Of a DNA stretch of 64,000 nucleotides, positions 9,711 to 17,642 are shown piece after piece; position 1 is the stretch's first letter; each line of letters starts with the position of its first letter. Under the pieces are notes generated by a model. The model worked only from the letters and a program-made list of their open reading frames with translations. It ran no database searches and was not told where the DNA came from. The position numbers and the translations under genes are program-made. The stretch is taken from NCBI GenBank assembly GCA_023898625.1, contig CP060231.1, positions 481,890 to 545,889 on the forward strand, read 5' to 3'. This DNA comes from Candidatus Nomurabacteria bacterium. GTDB taxonomy: Bacteria; Patescibacteriota; Saccharimonadia; Saccharimonadales; JAGQNJ01.

Positions 9711-12700
9711 CTAATAAGCTTAAAAGTGTGACAGGATTTTTATTACGAGAAAAAGAAATACCTATTGCAGTAATCGTTGCATTGGGGCTCAGTGGATTAA
9801 CAATATTTATATATCTAAAAAATACCAAAACAGATCCCCCAAATGTTAAAAATTCAATTGCCATTGAGTCATCAGTCGTTCCCGAGTCAAATGCTTCAAT
9901 TGCTCAAAAAGGAGAATCTTTACAATGGAAAAAGAGTGTTGGTGTAAGTGGTAGTGTTGTTAATGTTGATGGAACTATCACAGAAAAAATTAACAAAGAT
10001 CAGCAAGTTTTTGATGGAGAACTAGAACTGCCAAAAGGATGGTCTGCCACATATTCTTGCGATGATGGCGTAAGTTTTGTTGCAACAACCACTACCTCAC
10101 CTTGCGTATCTGATGCTGACGTTGATTATATTAAAATTCAAACCGGAACATCCCAAACACTAAAGCCGTTCTCTCAGGCAGGGATGATCCTACCTCCCAA
10201 GGAAGTTGAGCTAGACAATGGTGCTTTTCATGGCATGGGGCCAATAATGTATAAAGACAAGTTCTATCAAATAATGCAGTCGGTAACAGTTCAAGACGCA
10301 GGTAGTCAAGATGATTTTACGATAAATTGTTTTGATCTAAAAGTATATTCTCAATGTGAAGGTTATCCTACGTATATGAGCACCTCAGTTGGGACTTTGG
10401 GTACCGGACCAAAGGATATAAATACTCCTATGGCTGGTCAATTTTATGTAGACGATGGAACGTACGGCAATGATGGACGACTTTACGTCGCTGGTCAGTC
10501 TGGCGCAAATTACGGTGTAGTATGTGTGGATTTAGTTTTGCAACAAAATTGCGGGTTCACTATTCTTGGGTCAACAGGTAGTACGTATGGTGGCGTGGAC
10601 AACCCGGTTAAGTTATCAGGGTTTGTTATGAGCGATGGAAAGCTATATGGTGACGCAGCAGATCTTGATCAAGCAAAACAAACAGTGGTTTGCTATGACT
10701 TAAATAGTGACGGAAATGGAGCTGATGCACCATGTTCTGGATATTCAAGCTCAACGACATTAAGTATTGATACATACTATACCCCAGAACATTACAACGT
10801 CTACTATAACGGCGGAACTCATATAGCCAAAGGTGGAAAACTATATTCATTATTACCTTATTCATATAAAAACATCTATGCAACCACCTTGTTTCCCCCT
10901 CCTAGTTCACAAAGATCTTATGGGTATATTCTAAGTTGCTTCGATTTAAATACTAAGGTGAAGTGTAGTGGATGGAATGACCCTGCTCTATTTTGGCCTA
11001 ACGGTGGAATGTTTATAAGCTCTGTTCGTATTCCTGGGATGTTTGCTTGGAAGAACACTGATAATTCATTACGCGCCGTGTGTTTGACGTATATTTTTGA
11101 CGAAGGAATACTCGATCCTCATATGCAGTGCCTTGATCAAGAGACAGGAGACAATATTCTTTCGAATGAAACCACTCCAGATCATCCCGTCAAGATGCTT
11201 CCTACGTCTTTGATGTATGCTCCTTGGGAGTTTGGTAGGTATACTACAGATATTACTGACAGCGAAGGATCAAAAACATACTTTCCGGTTGCAAAGCGTA
11301 TTTCTACGGACCCAAATAACCCATCTAAAGATAAAGGTGGAACCATGTGCTGGAATTGGACTACCGGATCAAAATGCTCAGGACAAGCATGGCAGAATCA
11401 GCCTAAGTACTGGTACGGAGTGAATAATAATCAGTCTAATGATCTTGGGTATGTTTATGATGGTTCTTGTATGTGGGGTGTGGGCGATAAGGCCGTTGGG
11501 GCAGGAAGTTGGGTGGTTAGTAATCCTAGGCTCTGGTCTTTTGACGCAAAAACCGGTGAAAGCCCTTGTCGTATTGAAGACATGGAATTTACGACAAGTA
11601 TAAATGCTGATGATTTTTATTGTGATGGTCAGAGTCATGTTTTTTCTTGGGGTAAAGTTAAATTAAGTAACGCGAGCATGTATGATTTCGATAGTCTTGA
11701 AGTAACAGTAAAGAACTCTGCTGGCACCGTTCTAAAACAAGAAAATATAAAAGCAAATGGATATCTAGATCTTTCCTCAATTAGTTATTCAGGAAACGAG
11801 AATCTTAAACTTGAAATAAAAGCTGTTAATCTAAATACTACTCCTTGGGCAAATAACAATAAACCTTTTGTTTCTGTAGAGGCAGATGCCGATAATGCTC
11901 AGATTTGTTACAAAACTAAAGCCACAAATTATTGCGACATTAGTAATATAGCCGTTACATCAGGCGCACAGATTGCAACAGGCAATGATATTCTTTCTAA
12001 AGACGAAACGACATCTATTGCCTTAAATCAACCCAGCAACGAACAATGCTTTAAGGATGCTAAAATTACGATTACTGCTGATAAACAGAGAATTTCAGAA
12101 GGCGAAAACGTAAGCTACCAAATAAATATTGACAACAAAGCAAACAGCAATATTTACAATCGAGGTAATATTGTTGGCGCTCAGGTTAGGGCTAGCTTGC
12201 CAGCAGGGTTTAGTTATGTGTCATCCAGTAATGGTGGGTATCAGTCGGGATCATACGTATATTGGGATAACGTATCGCTAAATGCTGGAAGTAATACAAC
12301 GTATTCATTGGTAGTTAAGGCGCCACAAAATTTGTCGTCAATTCAGAAGAGTACGGCAAATAAGGTATTCGCTGCCACAACAGATGTTCCCGCAGTCTTA
12401 ACAGCAACCATCATTTATGATGATGACGTTGATCAGGCTGACAACACAACTTCAAACCAAGTGACTTTGGTTAAAGAAATACCTGATAATGATGGTGGAC
12501 AAGTGGGAAACAATGGTGGAGAGGAGCCACCGGTAGATCAGGAGGCGCCTATTGATAATAACGAAACAACGCAAGACGATAATCAAGCAACAGGACTACC
12601 CCAATCATCAAACAATACCAATAATAATAAACCAAGTTTGATACCAGGGTTTATAAGAAGGTTGGTGCCAAATAGTTTGATGAATCAGACAGAGAGCATA

Positions 12701-14011
12701 TTTAGGTTTGCAAATTCAGTTGTTCAACCTATACCAAATACTGTTGCTATAGCTATACCGTATGCAATAATAGCCTTCCTGATCGCTTTTGTTGCGGTGT
12801 ATATTTATCAGGCAATAATAGCGAAGAGAGAAAAGGATAGATTGGATAAAGTAAGAAAAGACTTAAAAAGAACAGAAGAGCTAAGCCGTAATTACGTAAG
12901 TCTAACAACACATTATTTGCATACACCTATCGCAACAATGGAATCTACCATCGAACTTCTAGCCAAAGAGAATAAATTACCTAAGAGTACGGTTGATTCT
13001 GCAGAGCGCCGATTAGGGCGACTAAAATATCATATTCAGTTCTTATTAGACGGAATTAGTGGCATAGCAGAAAGTATTAAAGACCAGGCTGGACAAATTG
13101 AATCGAAAATAAAAAGACGATCATTGATAGGTAAAACCATTCTTATCCCAATATTTAGCGTTCTAATAGGGATTGTCTTTATTAATAGTTTATTCATTTG
13201 GTCTGGTAAATACGATGCGAGTCGTGCTGTAATCTTCACTCAGTCATTAAACTATTTATTGGCAACGGGTGCATTTGTGATTGCTTTTGTCGTGTATAGA
13301 AATCAAGCGTACGCACAGAAGGTTGCCGAACATGAGTTGAAACTAGAACAGGACTTATCGCTGTCGCAACTAAACTTTGTTAAAAATTCTAGTGCAACTT
13401 TAGATAAAGATATTGAAGAAATGAGTAGAATATCCAAAGAACTTGCCAATAGTCCTCGTGCTAAGCTATTTGACTCAGGACTAGTGTCACTAAAAGACCT
13501 AGCGTCAAAATTTGACTATCTGAGCATTCTGCAAAGTGAATCAAAGTCGCCAATTATAGCAGATGCTACTATAAAAAACCTTGCGTTAAATGTTGTCGAT
13601 GAACTTCAAGCCTTTGCTAACCAAAATAACATCAAGATAGAGTGCATTGTAGACTCTGGTCTGACGGCAAAAATCGATAAAGAAGGTCTAAATCAACTCC
13701 TGTACTCTACATTGCATAATGCCATCAAATTTAGCAAAGTAGGAGATATTGTTAAGCTATCGATCAATAATAGCGATACAAGGCATGTGGTTATAACGGT
13801 GAGCGATACGGGTAGTGGCATACCTAAGGAGAAGATTGATACGTTGATGATGCCTTTCGGTAGATTAACGAGTACTGAACAATTTGACTTCTCGGGAATT
13901 GGCCTTGATCTTTATATGGATAGATTAATAATCGATAAAGTTGGTGGTGAAATATCGATAGTCTCGAAATTAGGAGAGGGAACAAATATAAAAATGACCA
14001 TACCATCATAA
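9707..14011 (+). CDS. giant sensor histidine kinase (about 1000-aa ectodomain, atypical split kinase core)
   Basis: ATGA overlap with the esterase gene and an N-terminal TM helix. The ectodomain has Cys-containing repeats ('VVCVDL','VVCYDL','LSCFDL') and a DUF11-like repeat ('ITITADKQRISEGENVSYQINIDN...TYSLVVKAP'). The H-box is 'LTTHYLHTPIATMES'. The HATPase_c boxes are N 'HNAIKFS', G1 'DTGSGIP' and G2 'GIGLDL'. Confidence 0.8.
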   Translation: MTNKLKSVTGFLLREKEIPIAVIVALGLSGLTIFIYLKNTKTDPPNVKNSIAIESSVVPESNASIAQKGESLQWKKSVGVSGSVVNVDGTITEKINKDQQVFDGELELPKGWSATYSCDDGVSFVATTTTSPCVSDADVDYIKIQTGTSQTLKPFSQAGMILPPKEVELDNGAFHGMGPIMYKDKFYQIMQSVTVQDAGSQDDFTINCFDLKVYSQCEGYPTYMSTSVGTLGTGPKDINTPMAGQFYVDDGTYGNDGRLYVAGQSGANYGVVCVDLVLQQNCGFTILGSTGSTYGGVDNPVKLSGFVMSDGKLYGDAADLDQAKQTVVCYDLNSDGNGADAPCSGYSSSTTLSIDTYYTPEHYNVYYNGGTHIAKGGKLYSLLPYSYKNIYATTLFPPPSSQRSYGYILSCFDLNTKVKCSGWNDPALFWPNGGMFISSVRIPGMFAWKNTDNSLRAVCLTYIFDEGILDPHMQCLDQETGDNILSNETTPDHPVKMLPTSLMYAPWEFGRYTTDITDSEGSKTYFPVAKRISTDPNNPSKDKGGTMCWNWTTGSKCSGQAWQNQPKYWYGVNNNQSNDLGYVYDGSCMWGVGDKAVGAGSWVVSNPRLWSFDAKTGESPCRIEDMEFTTSINADDFYCDGQSHVFSWGKVKLSNASMYDFDSLEVTVKNSAGTVLKQENIKANGYLDLSSISYSGNENLKLEIKAVNLNTTPWANNNKPFVSVEADADNAQICYKTKATNYCDISNIAVTSGAQIATGNDILSKDETTSIALNQPSNEQCFKDAKITITADKQRISEGENVSYQINIDNKANSNIYNRGNIVGAQVRASLPAGFSYVSSSNGGYQSGSYVYWDNVSLNAGSNTTYSLVVKAPQNLSSIQKSTANKVFAATTDVPAVLTATIIYDDDVDQADNTTSNQVTLVKEIPDNDGGQVGNNGGEEPPVDQEAPIDNNETTQDDNQATGLPQSSNNTNNNKPSLIPGFIRRLVPNSLMNQTESIFRFANSVVQPIPNTVAIAIPYAIIAFLIAFVAVYIYQAIIAKREKDRLDKVRKDLKRTEELSRNYVSLTTHYLHTPIATMESTIELLAKENKLPKSTVDSAERRLGRLKYHIQFLLDGISGIAESIKDQAGQIESKIKRRSLIGKTILIPIFSVLIGIVFINSLFIWSGKYDASRAVIFTQSLNYLLATGAFVIAFVVYRNQAYAQKVAEHELKLEQDLSLSQLNFVKNSSATLDKDIEEMSRISKELANSPRAKLFDSGLVSLKDLASKFDYLSILQSESKSPIIADATIKNLALNVVDELQAFANQNNIKIECIVDSGLTAKIDKEGLNQLLYSTLHNAIKFSKVGDIVKLSINNSDTRHVVITVSDTGSGIPKEKIDTLMMPFGRLTSTEQFDFSGIGLDLYMDRLIIDKVGGEISIVSKLGEGTNIKMTIPS

Positions 14012-14109
14012 GTGTTGTGGTTATAACATATTCTTGCAAATATTGCTGATTGGTTGATATAATTTTTCATTATAAGCATAATCGGTGGGCAAGGAGGGTT
14101 TCCTAGTTC

Positions 14110-14568
14110 ATGAAAAATATTAAGCTAATCGGCGCTGGTTTATTTACCGTTTCTGTAATGGTCTTAGGGCTATTGTTTGTAGTTAAGGGGACTGCAAATG
14201 CCCAAGAAATGATACAGTCAACAGATCAAGCACAATCTTCGCAAACTCAGCAACAAGGTAGTGTCTATTCATATGTTGCTCAACCTGGCGACTCATACAG
14301 TTTAATGGCGCGTAAGGCAATTCAAACATATGGCATTACTAACAAAGTTAATTTGAGCGAGGCCCAAATAATTTTTGCAGAAACACACTTAACTCAGGAT
14401 GCTGGATCTCCGGCTTTAGTAAAAGGGCAAAAGGTTGAGATTAAAGAAGATGCAGTAAAAAATTGGGTCAATAAGGCTAAGGATCTTAGTGCTCAACAAC
14501 AGTCCGCATGGAATGTTTATGCGCAGAACGCAAACTTTAATACAAACAAAGTCGGTCAAGCATCTTAG
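14110..14568 (+). CDS. secreted LysM-like domain protein
   Basis: RBS GGAGGG and a signal peptide ending 'GTANA'. 'YSYVAQPGDSYSLMARKAI' is LysM-like. Confidence 0.45.
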   Translation: MKNIKLIGAGLFTVSVMVLGLLFVVKGTANAQEMIQSTDQAQSSQTQQQGSVYSYVAQPGDSYSLMARKAIQTYGITNKVNLSEAQIIFAETHLTQDAGSPALVKGQKVEIKEDAVKNWVNKAKDLSAQQQSAWNVYAQNANFNTNKVGQAS

Positions 14569-14616
14569 GCAATAAACTGCTTAAGTTTAGTATTCGCCAG
14601 TGCTACAATAGCATAT

Positions 14617-15255
14617 ATGCAAGAGTTAGCACTGGCGGTATTGCCAGTTTTTGCCATCCTAATACTAACAGAAGTACTATGGCGTAATAACAGTTTACGT
14701 GGTGAATCTGCCCGTAAACTTGTGCATATTTTTGTGGGGTCTTATGTTGCCTTCTGGCCATTTTTGATTAGTTTTCAAGCAATTCAGTTAATTAGCGTCG
14801 CCTTTCTTGTTGTGGTTGGGATTTCTCTTAAATTTGGTATTTTCAAGGCTATTCATGGAGTTGCGCGTCGAACATGGGGCGAGGTTTTATTTGCGGTGGG
14901 CATCGGGTTGACTGCCGTACTAACAAGTCAACCTTGGGTATTCACAGCATGCATATTACATATGAGCGTAGCTGATGGGTTTGCAGCACTAGCAGGAAAA
15001 AAATGGGGTAAAAATAATAGATACCATGTTGCTGGTCACGAAAAAAGCATTATTGGAACAGCAGTCTTTTGGTTTTGTTCGTTAATAATAACTGGTTTGG
15101 CTGTTGTTAATCTGCCAGAACTACAAGCAGATGCAAGTGTATATTTGTTTGTTATACCTATAGTTACTAGCTTGATGGAGAACATTGGTATAGGTGGTAC
15201 AGATAATGTTTTTGTGCCTGTTTTGGTATATTTTATGCTGACCTTCCATCCATAA
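14617..15255 (+). CDS. polytopic membrane CTP-dependent polyprenol/phytol-kinase-like protein (CdsA/dolichol kinase superfamily)
   Basis: Six or so hydrophobic segments. 'VADGFAALAGKKWGK...KSIIGT' and the C-terminal 'GGTDNVFVP' resemble this superfamily. Confidence 0.45.
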   Translation: MQELALAVLPVFAILILTEVLWRNNSLRGESARKLVHIFVGSYVAFWPFLISFQAIQLISVAFLVVVGISLKFGIFKAIHGVARRTWGEVLFAVGIGLTAVLTSQPWVFTACILHMSVADGFAALAGKKWGKNNRYHVAGHEKSIIGTAVFWFCSLIITGLAVVNLPELQADASVYLFVIPIVTSLMENIGIGGTDNVFVPVLVYFMLTFHP

Positions 15256-15301
15256 TTAAGACCAATCAATACTCAGCTAATAACAAGTAAATAATGATTT
15301 T

Positions 15302-17176
15302 CTAAGACTTCTTGTTCTTAAATGATTTGTGAGAATGCCTATCTTTCCAGGGGCCGTGTGCTCGTAGAGCGTAAACAATAACCGTAACGTCCACTAGTTC
15401 TTGAATAATGGCCCCGCTTGTTGCACTGAATTTACCGGTGGAATAGAGTAGCATTAAGGCAATGCTAATACAAATACCAATCATTATGCTTTGAGTGGCT
15501 ATCTTTAGAGTATTCTTTGCAATATCAAATCCTTGAGCTACCTTACTGATGTCATCTAGCATAATAACTACGTCTGCTGTTTCACTCGCTGCGGTTGACC
15601 CCCTAGCGCCTAAAGCAATTCCAACTTCTGCGGATGTTAGTACTGGGGCATCATTTACGCCATCGCCAACAAATGCAACCGGACGTTTTTTTATTGATTC
15701 AATCGCAACTAGTTTATCTGCTGGCAAACAATCAGCTTTGACGTTTGATATGCCTAGTTGCTTGGCTATAGCATTAGCGGTGGTCTTGTTATCGCCAGTC
15801 ACCATCAGGATATTTTTTACTCCAAGTTTCTTAATTTTTGCGAGCATCGATTTGGTTTCTGGTCTTATCGCGTCTTCAAAGCTGATTGATCCAATTACAG
15901 TACCATTAACGGCTACGAGTGCCGTTGTATCTGTGAGTGTAGATGGTTTCAATTTACTCGGTAATGATATGTTATGAGAAATAATGTAGTTTACCTTTCC
16001 AACAAGTACCAACTTTCCGTTAACATTTCCAGTTAGCCCGTGGCCAGATTCCTCTTTAACGTTTTTAGTTTTAGGAAACTTAATATCCTGGTTATTTGCT
16101 TTGTCAACGATAGCGTGAGCTAAGATGTGGTTTGAGTTTTGCTCCAGTGCCCCAGCATATAAAAGGACATCCTCAGTCTTGTTCTTGCCAAACGCAGTTA
16201 TTTTTTTGACTGTTGGTTGGCCAGCAGTTAAGGTTCCAGTTTTATCGAAAGCAAATGTTTTTATTGCTGAGAGCTGTTCGATTGCCCCTCCATTTTTGAT
16301 AATAATTCCGTGACGTGCCGCTCGACTAATACCGGAAATTAGGGCAATCGGCGCTCCTAGAATGAGCGGGCAAGGAGTAGCAACTACCAAAACTTGCAGA
16401 AAGCGCATTGAGTCACCAGACATAAGCCAGGCTCCACCAGCAATAATAAACGAAATAATAGTAAATGGTATGCTATAACGGTCGGCCAATCTTACAAATG
16501 GGGACTGAGTAGTAGACGCTGTTTTTACGAGTTTTATTATTTGCTCATATTGACTATCCGCAGACGAGTGTATGGCTTTAATAGTTATAGTACCATCAAT
16601 TACAACAGCACCACTTAACACTGTGTCGCCAGATTTCTTATTAATTGGGAGACTTTCACCAGTCAGGCTAGATTCATCAAAGCTAGTATCACCTTCAATA
16701 ATTACTCCATCAACCGGAACAACCTCACCTGGTTTTATTAGTACTTTATCGCCAACAGCAACTTTACTAACTACTACATCAATAGTTTTTCTGCCTTTGA
16801 TAAGGTGAGCCTTCTTTGGCGCATTATCAAGCAGGGCGCTGAGTTCTGATTTGGCACGATTTTCAGCATAATCTTCAAGTGCTTCACCCCCAGTTAACAT
16901 CAGTACAATAATAATACCGGCCCAATATTCACCCATGATGACAGATGTAATGATGGCGGTAGCAGCCAAAATATCAACCCCATATGTTCCGTCTCGCAAA
17001 TCTTGAATCATACCCCAAATGAGCGGAATTACATTAATAATGGTCACAATTGCCAACAATATATGGCTAGCTTTAGTAAAACCAGCAAAAGTTAGAATGA
17101 GCGCAACAATCAAAGTTACGAATGCCCACGCAAATTGATAATACTCTCTAAAGAAACGTCCAAGCTTTTTGAACAC
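15302..17176 (-). CDS. P1B-type heavy-metal P-type ATPase, TPCP-motif subgroup, no N-terminal metal-binding domain
   Basis: Motifs 'DKTGTLT', 'GDGVNDAP', 'TGES' and the TM6 motif 'VVATPCPL'. The start is revised to GTG 17176, which has AGGAGG 5 nt upstream. The listed ORF start at 17428 adds 84 unlikely residues. Confidence 0.85.
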   Translation of the reverse strand: MFKKLGRFFREYYQFAWAFVTLIVALILTFAGFTKASHILLAIVTIINVIPLIWGMIQDLRDGTYGVDILAATAIITSVIMGEYWAGIIIVLMLTGGEALEDYAENRAKSELSALLDNAPKKAHLIKGRKTIDVVVSKVAVGDKVLIKPGEVVPVDGVIIEGDTSFDESSLTGESLPINKKSGDTVLSGAVVIDGTITIKAIHSSADSQYEQIIKLVKTASTTQSPFVRLADRYSIPFTIISFIIAGGAWLMSGDSMRFLQVLVVATPCPLILGAPIALISGISRAARHGIIIKNGGAIEQLSAIKTFAFDKTGTLTAGQPTVKKITAFGKNKTEDVLLYAGALEQNSNHILAHAIVDKANNQDIKFPKTKNVKEESGHGLTGNVNGKLVLVGKVNYIISHNISLPSKLKPSTLTDTTALVAVNGTVIGSISFEDAIRPETKSMLAKIKKLGVKNILMVTGDNKTTANAIAKQLGISNVKADCLPADKLVAIESIKKRPVAFVGDGVNDAPVLTSAEVGIALGARGSTAASETADVVIMLDDISKVAQGFDIAKNTLKIATQSIMIGICISIALMLLYSTGKFSATSGAIIQELVDVTVIVYALRAHGPWKDRHSHKSFKNKKS

Positions 17177-17264
17177 TGTATCCTCCTCTTGTTTCAATCT
17201 TCTAAACTGTATTATAGCAGATATTGTACTGCAAGCATGACGATTGTAGGTTACAATAAATGCT

Positions 17265-17642
17265 ATGGTTATAATGTTGGTCTTAAGGTGGTGGTATGGC
17301 CAAGGTTGGCGCTGGGTATGGCGCCGAGCAACGATTGAAAGAGTGCAGTGGCTAAATGAAGCTTTTTCTATTTCTGCTCTAGTTAAAACTTGGTTTGCTC
17401 CCTTTAAACAGACATACAGAAAGGTCAATAAAGGATCTATTGATTTGCATGTTCAGGCTTTTATAGATAATTTAGTATCCCGATTTATTGGCACCATACT
17501 CAGGACTATCATTATATTTGTTGGATTATTCGGCATCGTCTTAACGCTATTATTTGGGCTGATTTCATTATTGGCTTGGCCATTAATTCCGCTTTCTCCT
17601 ATTTTAGCTATTGCGTTGTTCATGGTCGGGGTTGGTGTATGA
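17265..17642 (+). CDS. small membrane protein (two C-terminal TM helices), translationally coupled to the downstream AAA+ gene
   Basis: 'IIFVGLFGIVLTLLFGLISLLAWPLIPLSPILAIALFMVGVG'. Its stop overlaps the next ATG (ATGA at 17639-17642). Confidence 0.45.
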   Translation: MVIMLVLRWWYGQGWRWVWRRATIERVQWLNEAFSISALVKTWFAPFKQTYRKVNKGSIDLHVQAFIDNLVSRFIGTILRTIIIFVGLFGIVLTLLFGLISLLAWPLIPLSPILAIALFMVGVGV

